Shown: positions 44,308 to 51,786 of the stretch, piece after piece
Position numbering within the stretch: position 1 is the first letter of the stretch
How the letters are laid out: the number at the start of each line of letters is the position of its first letter
Assembly: GCA_002842285.1 (NCBI GenBank)
Contig: PHCJ01000015.1
Location: 278 to 64,277 of the forward strand
DNA: 64,000 bases
Direction of reading: 5' to 3'
DNA from: Betaproteobacteria bacterium HGW-Betaproteobacteria-22
Lineage (GTDB): Bacteria > Pseudomonadota > Gammaproteobacteria > Burkholderiales > Methylophilaceae
The notes under the pieces: model-generated
The model's input: the letters and a program-made list of their open reading frames with translations, nothing else
Databases searched by the model: none
Told to the model about the DNA's origin: nothing
Made by a program: the position numbers and the translations under genes

Positions 44308-45377
44308 TCAGGCACCTTCACCGCCAGATGCTGCGGCCACTGCGCCTGCGGGTCAATTTTAAGCCAGGCCACACCGGGCAGGCCGGTCTTGACCTGCTTC
44401 AGATGCTTTTGCAGCAGTTCTGGGTCGATGCGGGCCTTCACCCGGAACATCAGCTTTTGCCGCTCGCTGGCGGTCTCCACCGTCTTGGGCGTGAACTGCG
44501 CCACGCTGGCGACGAACGACACCTTCGCCGGAATCACATACTGGGGCGCAGCATCGAGCACGATGCGCACCTCGCCGCTCAGCGCCACCTTTCCGACCGC
44601 CGTCTCCGGCAGGAAGAAGGTCATGTAGACGTCGGAAAGGTCGATCATGTTGAGCACCTTGCCGCCGCCGCCGAGAACTTCGCCAGGCTGTGCCACACGG
44701 TACTGCACACGGCCATCGCGCGGCGCCTTGAGTTGGCTGTCCTGAATGTCCGCCTCGATGCGGGCGATGGTGGCGGCCAGGGCCGTGACGGTGGACTGGG
44801 CGCCGGTGACTTGGGCCTTCGCTGCGGCGATGGCCGACCGGCTGGCTGCCACCTGAGCCCGCGCCGCGGCCAGCGCGGCCTCCATATTGCGCACCGCCGC
44901 CCGGTCGTCATCGAGCTGCTGGGCGGAGGCCGCACCCTCCTTGGTCAGGGTCTCGGAGCGCGCCAAGCGCCGCCGGGCGTTCTCCAGCTCGCTTTCGCGC
45001 TGCACCACCACGGCCTGGACCACGGCCAGATCGCTCTCGCGCATCTTGACCTGCGCCTCGGCGCCGGCTACCGCATGTAGCGCCTGCTGCTGCTGGGCTC
45101 GCGCCTCGTCGCGCTGGGCATTGAGCACGTCGGTCTGCATGCGCGCCAGCACCTGGCCGACGGTGACGAAGTCGCCCTCCTGCACCAGGATTTCGGTGAC
45201 CCGTCCGGCATATTTGGTGGCCACGTCAATCTCGGTGGCTTCGATGCGGCCATTGCCGCTGATCAGGCCCGCATCCTGGCCGTTGGCGCGGAGATTATCC
45301 CACGCGGTCCAGGCAGCTATGGCGATGAGGAGGCCTGCCGCGGCAAAAATCAACATCTTCTTGAGGTTCGTTGTCAT
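44304..45377 (-). CDS. yhiI: HlyD-family periplasmic adaptor, YhiI-like
   Basis: [19 protein letters not shown]; probable ATG at 45377 (MTTNLKK). Confidence 0.85.
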   Translation of the reverse strand: MTTNLKKMLIFAAAGLLIAIAAWTAWDNLRANGQDAGLISGNGRIEATEIDVATKYAGRVTEILVQEGDFVTVGQVLARMQTDVLNAQRDEARAQQQQALHAVAGAEAQVKMRESDLAVVQAVVVQRESELENARRRLARSETLTKEGAASAQQLDDDRAAVRNMEAALAAARAQVAASRSAIAAAKAQVTGAQSTVTALAATIARIEADIQDSQLKAPRDGRVQYRVAQPGEVLGGGGKVLNMIDLSDVYMTFFLPETAVGKVALSGEVRIVLDAAPQYVIPAKVSFVASVAQFTPKTVETASERQKLMFRVKARIDPELLQKHLKQVKTGLPGVAWLKIDPQAQWPQHLAVKVPE

Positions 45378-45385
45378 CTTTTTTC

Positions 45386-46891
45386 TCACTTTCCATGATT
45401 CGGTCGAACGGGCGACGCCGGCGATGCGGCAATGTCCTGGCTGCCCCCGCCCAACGCGGCGTACAGGCGCACCTGGCTGGAGAGCAGGGCACGGCGCGCC
45501 TGCACCCACTGCTGCTCGGCGCTGAGCAGGTCGCGCTGCGCGTCCAGCCATTCGAAATAGGGGGCGCTGCCGTTGTCGTAGCGCAGCTTTACCAGGCGCG
45601 CGCGTTCGGCCTGCGCCTTGAGGGTGGCCTCGGCAATGCGCACCTGCTCGGCGAGCCACTGGCGCGCCGACATGGCGTCGGACACGTCGCGGAAGGCCGC
45701 CTGCACGCTCTTTTCGTAATTCACCACGGCCAGATTCCGGCGCACCTCGGCCAGTTCCAACGCGGCCTGGTTGCGTCCGGCATCGAAGATCGGCAGTGTG
45801 AGGCTGGGCGCAAAGCGCCAGGCCTTGCTTCCGGCATCAAACAGGCCGGACAGCTCGGTGCTGGCGGTGCCGAAGGAGCCGGTCAGCGTGATGCGCGGAA
45901 AGAAAGCGGCGCGCGCTGCGCCGATATTGGCGCCGGCCGCGCGCAACTGATGTTCGCTGGCCACGATGTCGGGGCGCTGCAGCAGCACCTCGGCAGGCAG
46001 GCCGACGGGCAGGTCCTGCGGCACGGCCCGGTCGTCAAGCTTTGCCGTTTGCAGGCCTTCGGGCAGCGGCGCGCCCAGGAGCAACGTCAGCGCATGGGCC
46101 TGCGCGGCGCGCGCCTGTTCGAGCTGGGACACCAGCGCACGGGCCTGTTGCAGCAGCGTCTCCACCTGCACCACTTCCATGCGGGCAATCGCCCCCACTT
46201 CGAAGCGCCGGGTGAAGATGCGCAAGGATTCCTCGCGGCTGGCGACGGTCTGGCGCGCCAGTGCGAGGCGCTCGTCCAGTTCCAGCAGACCGAACCAGGC
46301 ATCCGCCACCTGGGCGATCAGGCTCACCGTGACAGCGCGCCGTGCCTCGTCGGTGGCGAGATAATTTTCCAGCGCCGCCTCCTTGAGGTTCTTCACCCGC
46401 CCCCAGAAATCGAGCTCCCAGGCGGCCAGCCCCACACCGACCTGATACTGTTCAGCGGTCAGCGCCCGGCCAGTCGGGCTGAGGTCGGCCGGCGTGCGCG
46501 AGCGGCTGCCATCGGCGCCCACCGCCACGGTCGGGAACTGGTCGGCGCGCTGGATGCCATAGGCCGCCCGCGCTTCCTCAACGCGCAGCACCGCCGTCTG
46601 CAAATCGCGGTTGTTGGCCAAGGCCTGCGCAATCAGCGCCTTGAGTTGCGGATCGGCGAAGTAGTCGCGCCAGGCGATCTCCGGCGCAAGGCGTCCCACA
46701 GACGCCCCACCGGGCGACACCCCGGTATCGACCGGGTAGTTCGCGGGGATCGGTAGCGGCGGGGTTTCATGGCGGGGTGCCAGCGAGCAGCCGCTCACGG
46801 CCAGGACGCCGGCAAGCGCGCATAGGGCCACCCTGTCGAGCCGTCGATACGCGCGTGGCGCGCCGCCTACCCTGTTGGAAGCCTTCCTCAT
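45386..46891 (-). CDS. Outer-membrane efflux factor lipoprotein (NodT/OprM family)
   Basis: Lipobox VSGC; [33 protein letters not shown]. Confidence 0.92.
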   Translation of the reverse strand: MRKASNRVGGAPRAYRRLDRVALCALAGVLAVSGCSLAPRHETPPLPIPANYPVDTGVSPGGASVGRLAPEIAWRDYFADPQLKALIAQALANNRDLQTAVLRVEEARAAYGIQRADQFPTVAVGADGSRSRTPADLSPTGRALTAEQYQVGVGLAAWELDFWGRVKNLKEAALENYLATDEARRAVTVSLIAQVADAWFGLLELDERLALARQTVASREESLRIFTRRFEVGAIARMEVVQVETLLQQARALVSQLEQARAAQAHALTLLLGAPLPEGLQTAKLDDRAVPQDLPVGLPAEVLLQRPDIVASEHQLRAAGANIGAARAAFFPRITLTGSFGTASTELSGLFDAGSKAWRFAPSLTLPIFDAGRNQAALELAEVRRNLAVVNYEKSVQAAFRDVSDAMSARQWLAEQVRIAEATLKAQAERARLVKLRYDNGSAPYFEWLDAQRDLLSAEQQWVQARRALLSSQVRLYAALGGGSQDIAASPASPVRPNHGK

Positions 46892-46930
46892 GTCGTTATC
46901 CTCATATTTCCATTTTTCCATTCTAATTCA

Positions 46931-48124
46931 TCAGCGAACGATTGAAAACCCGATCCGCACCTGTGTGCCACGGTCCAGGTTGTAATCGACTAAAGTCTCG
47001 CCATACCCCTTGAACAGCTGGAAATGCAGGAAGCCGCCAGTGCGGGCGAACAACGGGCGGCGCAAGGGCCAAGACAGGTCGAGCTGTGCGCTGCCCTTGC
47101 CGGACGTGCCGGTGCGCAGCTGTGCCAACGCTACCATGCCGTCCTCCCGGCCATAGCGCAGTTTCCAGTCCGCGTAGCCCCGATAGCGCTGGATGTCCGG
47201 ATTGTCTGCCTTGTCCAGGTAGCCATAGAAATTGGGCGCGAAGATCAAACTGCGTCCGTCGCCGAATTCCGTGCTCCAGACCGGCTGCACGAACAGCGTG
47301 TTGATGCTGCGCGAATTGGCGCCGTCCTTGCCGTTCGATTCGTGCTCGTAGCCGCCGCGCAACAGGTCGGGCATCAGCCCCTGGTCAGGCATCGCGCCCT
47401 GCCAGAACAGACTCGGCCGGTAGCTGGTGTCGCGAAACGGCGCCGAGTCCGCCCCCAGATCCCAGAGCGAAGTCTGCGTATAGCCGAAATGCAACCCGGC
47501 CAGGGGCGTAAACCACTCGACGGGCAGGCTGTCCGGATCGAACAGCCGATACTTGAAGCTGAACTGAAAGCGGGCGGTGGTATGGCTGCCGACGACGAAA
47601 TACATCGGCTCGTTGGCCGACAGCGCCGGTTCGTTCGGCGGGAACAGCAACGCACGGCCGGGAGCGGGCTGAGCCGCCGCTGTCTCGGCCTCGGCCGAGC
47701 GCATGCGTTCAATCGCATCCGGGGCGCCGACCAGCAAGGCCAGCCGGTTCGATGCGGCGCCGGCCAGTACCGCTCGCACCAGCCCGGAGAGATCGACCGG
47801 CAACACGCCGTGATAGGTCCGGCGCGTGTCCTCTGGCGTGGTCGGGCTGGCTGCGGCCAGCGTCACTTCCTGCGTCCTGCCATCGCGCGATAGCTTCAGT
47901 TGGAATGTTTCCGGCCAATCCGCCTGCGCGGCGGGTTTGACGATATCGAGCTGGAGCGTCGCGCCGGCCTGCGCCGTCTCGTCGGGGGTGGCGATCAGCC
48001 AGTTTGGTGCCGCCGCGGCGGGCGGCGCGGCAAACCACAGCAGGATGCCCAGCACCACCGCTGCCATCGCGCAAAAGCCAACCTGCAGCGTCTTGATCAA
48101 TCGCTCGAATGTCATGTTACGCAT
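46931..48124 (-). CDS. pldA: Outer-membrane phospholipase A with N-terminal extension
   Basis: FQFSFK, GYTQTSLW, GYEHESNG catalytic motif, GYGETLVDYN. Confidence 0.85.
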   Translation of the reverse strand: MRNMTFERLIKTLQVGFCAMAAVVLGILLWFAAPPAAAAPNWLIATPDETAQAGATLQLDIVKPAAQADWPETFQLKLSRDGRTQEVTLAAASPTTPEDTRRTYHGVLPVDLSGLVRAVLAGAASNRLALLVGAPDAIERMRSAEAETAAAQPAPGRALLFPPNEPALSANEPMYFVVGSHTTARFQFSFKYRLFDPDSLPVEWFTPLAGLHFGYTQTSLWDLGADSAPFRDTSYRPSLFWQGAMPDQGLMPDLLRGGYEHESNGKDGANSRSINTLFVQPVWSTEFGDGRSLIFAPNFYGYLDKADNPDIQRYRGYADWKLRYGREDGMVALAQLRTGTSGKGSAQLDLSWPLRRPLFARTGGFLHFQLFKGYGETLVDYNLDRGTQVRIGFSIVR

Positions 48125-48605
48125 CCGCAGGCGTTCCTGTCCAGCCGGTCGGCTGCCCGGCCGCGCTGCGGTAGCCGATCTCGATGATTTCCTCGGCGCG
48201 GTCGAATTCCATGAAGCGCACCGCGCCCAACGGCGGCTGGATGAGGATGTCCGGCTTGTCGTGGCGCAGGGTGGCCTGGGTGATGCGCGCCTGCATGATG
48301 TAGAGCGAAGCCAGCAGCACGCCGATGATGCCCGGCAGCGGTTCCTGGTGCGGCCATGCGCTGACCTGGGCCAGGGCTGTCATTCGTTGAAAATCGACGT
48401 ATGGCAAAATCTTCGCTTCGACCAAGTCCAGCACGCGTTTTTGGTTGCCGGTTTGAATTTCCTTGTCAGCTTTGGCAAAATCCAGCGCTTCTTGACTGAT
48501 CCGCTTTACCAACGCGTCTGGAGCCTCCTGTGCGACGGAATGCTGCGCAAGTGCCATTCCCCCGAACATCAAAATAAGCACAAATATTTTTCGCAGAATG
48601 TTCAT
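48117..48605 (-). pseudogene. In-frame chimera: MlaC/Ttg2D N-terminal fragment fused to a patatin (RssA-like) C-terminal fragment
   Basis: APDALVKRIS...ILPYVDFQRMTALA joined near 48369 to ...KPDILIQPPLG...FMEFDRAEEIIEIG; GC rises across the junction. Confidence 0.7.
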
Positions 48606-48706
48606 TTTTTGTCTTTCTGGATAAGGATTAAGGAGCGCCCATGTTGATTTCTCAACAAACGAATCCGCTGGTGTCGGCATGGCGCACGTAGATTAGTCCA
48701 TCGCCG

Positions 48707-48844
48707 CAGGCGCGCTGTCAGAAAACCGGTCAGGGGCATGAAGATCGCCGCCGCGACGATATAGGAGGTCAATACCCAGGAAATCTGATCCTGGGTCGCG
48801 CCCATTCTCCCCTGCATGTGCGGCAACGCCACGTTGGTGATGGT
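48707..48844 (-). pseudogene. Fragment of a DHA2 (EmrB/QacA) efflux MFS gene
   Basis: TITNVALPHMQG...QDQISWVLTSYIVAAAIFMPLTGFL. Confidence 0.8.
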
Positions 48845-49110
48845 GGCTTGCCGGTCGTTAGCATAGGGCCGGCGTTCCACCAATTCCGCTTCGCCAACTC
48901 GTCGATTAGGCGGGCGAGCGTTATGGGCTGAACTTCCGGCATGTCTGCCAAATCGGCCTGGCGGACGCCCTCATTGCGAGAGACGTAAACGAGCGCACGC
49001 GCCTGAGTTAGTGTGAGAGAACTTCCTTCCAGTCGCTGCTTGAAGGCCTTCCGCATCAACCGGGAAACATCCGCCACGAGAAAACCGAGACTGTCTTGCC
49101 GCAATTCCAT
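48845..49110 (-). pseudogene. MarR-family regulator, frameshifted and 3'-truncated
   Basis: LGFLVADVSRLMR...QPITLARLIDEL; frameshift near 48885 to LVERRPYANDRQA, then joined to the emrB fragment. Confidence 0.8.
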
Positions 49111-49125
49111 AGCGCGCCATCAATG

Positions 49126-49170
49126 TAATAAGCATTGCTTATTATAAGTCTAGTTTACCAAAACTATCAA
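49126..49170 (-). promoter_or_regulatory. marR promoter (TTGATA-18-TATAAT) overlapped by a 19-bp palindromic operator TAATAAGCA-T-TGCTTATTA (49126-49144)
   Basis: Perfect 9-1-9 dyad 16 bp upstream of the marR start, overlapping the -10 box. Confidence 0.7.
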
Positions 49171-49195
49171 GAGGGCAGCGTGTAGAAGGTGTCTG

Positions 49196-49255
49196 TCAGA
49201 ATGAGCTATACCTCTCACCAATCATGGCATCGTCTTCTACTAACAGTAGTCTCAT
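49196..49255 (-). pseudogene. First 14 codons of an OmpR/QseB-type response regulator (MRLLLVEDDAMIGE), then stop
   Basis: Manual translation of the minus strand; classic receiver-domain N-terminus, too short for the ORF track. Confidence 0.65.
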
Positions 49256-49447
49256 AAATCTTTTTTATCCGTAAACAAATGAAGTAATTTCAACGTCGAA
49301 AACTAAACTAGCCGTTGGTTCATCTGATATATAATCAGGGTATTATATAAAGACTTAACAAAAACTTAAGAATAGAGGTGCCCAATAGTTTAAATGGTCT
49401 GTATCCATTAGAATCAATAGTCAGTTTAAATAATAATTGGCTGTCAA

Positions 49448-49475
49448 CTAGCTATATTAATACTCGTATAGCTAG
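49448..49475 (-). terminator. Hairpin at the transposase stop codon
   Basis: CTAGCTATA-N10-TATAGCTAG; no clear U tract. Confidence 0.4.
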
Positions 49476-50812
49476 ATCTCACCACGTTCGATCATCGCTA
49501 CTAATTTATCAATATCCACACCATAGTTCTTAGGTTCTTCTTTTGGTTGTGCTGATGGGGGTAAATCATTCAACGTTGCATATCCCATAAATGCAACGTC
49601 ATATTGAGCCTCACGACGATCAAACTTCGGTCTATTCTGTACGATCTTATGTGAGCCTCTGGAGAACAATATTTTTGCTCGCAACGCTTCAAATGAATAA
49701 CCTCGGCCAAGACGGTTTAGCACCCTGATGAGGCTATTCAATGATTCGGTATAAGCATTGGTGATTGGGTGATTAAAGTATTCCAGAATGTATGGCTGCC
49801 AATTAGACCATGCAGTGATGATAGGCTCATAATGTCCACGCAACTCTGCTGGAATGCTCTTTAGCCATTGTTCATAGAGCATTTGAGCCTGTTGTTTGGA
49901 TGGCGCCTGATAGATGTTAAAGAATTCTTCCTTTAATCTGTACCCTTCACCAAGTAATGGGTAATTCTTAGTCCATCCGTCCAGATTGAAATTCTCCTGG
50001 TCAGTCAATTGACTTTGACGGCGTAGCAATACAAAACGATCATGCATCAGGCCACGACGTTGCTTAGGTGACAGTTCCGCACGCAATGACTTTCTAACAC
50101 TTTCCATCGCGACATTCGCCATACGCACGACATGGAACTTGTCCACTACGACTTTAGCATCTGGTATTACTTCATTCACAGCTTCACGATAAGGGCGCCA
50201 CATGTCCATTGCCACATATTGCACAGTATCTCGATCTTTTAGACTAGATAGATAGGTGGCAATAGTTTTCTTGTTTCTGTTCGGTAATAGATTAATCGCA
50301 GTGTTGTTATGCAGATTAGAGATCACAGCACGAGGCTTCTTTATGATGTGAATTTCATCAATGCCCATCCACTTCGGTGTTTCAAACTTGACGGTGCGCT
50401 CCAGTTCGTTCACGTAATCGCTGAACACGTTACGAATAGTTCCTTCAGTGACACCAATTTCTTCAGCAATGCCCGTGAAGGTATTGGTCATCGAGCGTTG
50501 GCCAATCCATTTCACTAAACGCTCAGTCATCCAGCGACTGGCATTAACCTCTGGTAAATGTTCCATGAAGGTTTTACCGCAGGATTTGCATTTAAAGCGT
50601 CTGGCATCGACGTAGATGCCCACGCGCTTGCCGTGCATGGGGAGATCATGCACCAGCACTTCTACACGGCCATATCCGACAACCTCACGACTACGGCAAT
50701 TAGAACATATCGTTACAGGTACTGCAGTCTCAGCCTTAATGTGGTAGTCATGCTCAGATTCATTACTGCCAAGGACCTTATAGGCAGTCAGGTTCAGTAC
50801 ATTGCGATGCAT
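49472..50812 (-). CDS. ISL3-family transposase (intact)
   Basis: Zn finger CSNC/CKSC, VHDLP, GIDE, AMDMW, DKFH, TNAYTESLN; 446 aa. Confidence 0.93.
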   Translation of the reverse strand: MHRNVLNLTAYKVLGSNESEHDYHIKAETAVPVTICSNCRSREVVGYGRVEVLVHDLPMHGKRVGIYVDARRFKCKSCGKTFMEHLPEVNASRWMTERLVKWIGQRSMTNTFTGIAEEIGVTEGTIRNVFSDYVNELERTVKFETPKWMGIDEIHIIKKPRAVISNLHNNTAINLLPNRNKKTIATYLSSLKDRDTVQYVAMDMWRPYREAVNEVIPDAKVVVDKFHVVRMANVAMESVRKSLRAELSPKQRRGLMHDRFVLLRRQSQLTDQENFNLDGWTKNYPLLGEGYRLKEEFFNIYQAPSKQQAQMLYEQWLKSIPAELRGHYEPIITAWSNWQPYILEYFNHPITNAYTESLNSLIRVLNRLGRGYSFEALRAKILFSRGSHKIVQNRPKFDRREAQYDVAFMGYATLNDLPPSAQPKEEPKNYGVDIDKLVAMIERGEI

Positions 50813-51198
50813 TACGATTTAAACTGAGAGCTGGATTGTTGAACAAGTTGTTGTAGAACATCCTTGGTTTGTTGTTCTAATTCAGGCAGATCGTACTTTA
50901 TTGTTTTCCAGACGATTTCCAAGTCCACTTTAAAGTACCCGTGGGCAACGGCATTACGCATTTCGTAAGCAAAAACTAACGGTAACTCTGGGTGTAATTG
51001 AGCGAAGTCTTGATAGTATTTATCTATGTTGTTACTGGCTTCACCAATGACCTCGATATTGCGAATTACTGCATCTTGCACCAACTCATTGTTCAAAAAT
51101 CCCACTTCATCTATGTCTTCGGTGTAGTGATGAATGCGTTGAGTAGCTTGAATGATGTGCGCTAGATAATCCTGTAATCTTTGTTGATCACGGCTCAT
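50812..51198 (-). CDS. HEPN/DUF86 (HepT-like) toxin RNase
   Basis: QDAVIRNIEVIGEA and R-X4-H motif RNAVAH followed by GY. Confidence 0.9.
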   Translation of the reverse strand: MSRDQQRLQDYLAHIIQATQRIHHYTEDIDEVGFLNNELVQDAVIRNIEVIGEASNNIDKYYQDFAQLHPELPLVFAYEMRNAVAHGYFKVDLEIVWKTIKYDLPELEQQTKDVLQQLVQQSSSQFKS

Positions 51199-51485
51199 AT
51201 GGGGATTGCCTCGGCTAGTACACTGTTGCGGAATGAATCTGGCAGCGCTTTGGGAGTTAGTACATCTACTGGCACACCCAGCAATACACGTAGTTTGTAT
51301 CGAATTGCGCCAATATCCATCAGTGTAGTGTCTTGCGTAGGGTCAATCAGAATGTCGAGGTCACTGGTTTCAGTATCGTCACCATGAAGTACCGAGCCAA
51401 ATACACGTGCATTTAAGGCGCGGTGTGACTTAACCACTTGGCGGATAGCTTCTCGGTTGGAATTTAAGGCGTCAGAGGGCTTCAT
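51195..51485 (-). CDS. Minimal nucleotidyltransferase (MNT/MntA-like) antitoxin
   Basis: VFGSVLHGDDTETSDLDIL (GS-x10-DxD), VDVLT; 96 aa. Confidence 0.9.
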   Translation of the reverse strand: MKPSDALNSNREAIRQVVKSHRALNARVFGSVLHGDDTETSDLDILIDPTQDTTLMDIGAIRYKLRVLLGVPVDVLTPKALPDSFRNSVLAEAIPI

Positions 51486-51517
51486 TTATTTTACTCGTCC
51501 ACACAACTTTACGAATT

Positions 51518-51546
51518 ATAATATAGTTAGCAACATTGTATGTCAA
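51518..51546 (-). promoter_or_regulatory. Sigma70 promoter of the MNT-HEPN-transposase operon (TTGACA-17-TATTAT)
   Basis: Plus-strand TGTCAA at 51541-51546 and ATAATA at 51518-51523, 17-bp spacer. Confidence 0.75.
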
Positions 51547-51595
51547 CATGATTTTACGAATTTTAACTATTGAGCAATGTTACGTAAAATTAGAC

Positions 51596-51620
51596 AATAC
51601 ACAAAATTTTACGAATACCC
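51596..51620 (-). repeat. Terminal inverted repeat, transposase-proximal end (GGGTATTCGTAAAATTTTGTGTATT on the minus strand)
   Basis: 22/25 match to 36128-36152. Confidence 0.92.
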
Positions 51621-51628
51621 GATATTTT
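51621..51628 (+). repeat. Target-site duplication, right copy (GATATTTT)
   Basis: Identical to 36120-36127. Confidence 0.93.
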
Positions 51629-51783
51629 TTATCAGCCTGATCATGCACGCGTGGATAGGCGTGAGAAATGTATTTAGAGATTATATAGTTAATATTAAAT
51701 TACGTGAGTCGCTGCAAATGGCAGTCGACCTGTTGTTGGTTGCATATCTGTGCTTGGTTTTTTATATTTTGTGGGGTATTTGA
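51629..51783 (+). pseudogene. sdhD: sdhD 3' part (codons 65-115)
   Basis: FISLIMHAWIGVRNVFRDY retains the heme His and the Asp-Tyr pair; directly upstream of sdhA. Confidence 0.92.
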
Positions 51784-51786
51784 ATT

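Larger units (their letters stand above)
36128..51620 (-). mobile_element. 15,493-bp ISL3-family cargo-carrying transposon inserted in sdhD
   Basis: 25-bp TIRs (22/25 identical), 8-bp AT-rich TSD, single ISL3 transposase; removal restores the sdhD frame. Confidence 0.92.

Noticed and set aside
45378-45659. N-terminal extension of the HlyD ORF in the track (starts 45659)
   Set aside because: Overlaps the OMF gene in another frame; the real start is probably MTTNLKK at 45377.
37105-48650. Many long alternative-frame and antisense ORFs in the cargo (e.g. 37105-38244, 39409-40401, 42847-44628, 45371-46756)
   Set aside because: Shadow ORFs expected in high-GC coding DNA; each overlaps a gene with clear family motifs and shows none itself.
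51563-51590. Possible outward promoter TTAACT-16-TAAAAT that could drive sdhAB
   Set aside because: Weak -35 in very AT-rich sequence where such matches occur by chance; needs TSS data.
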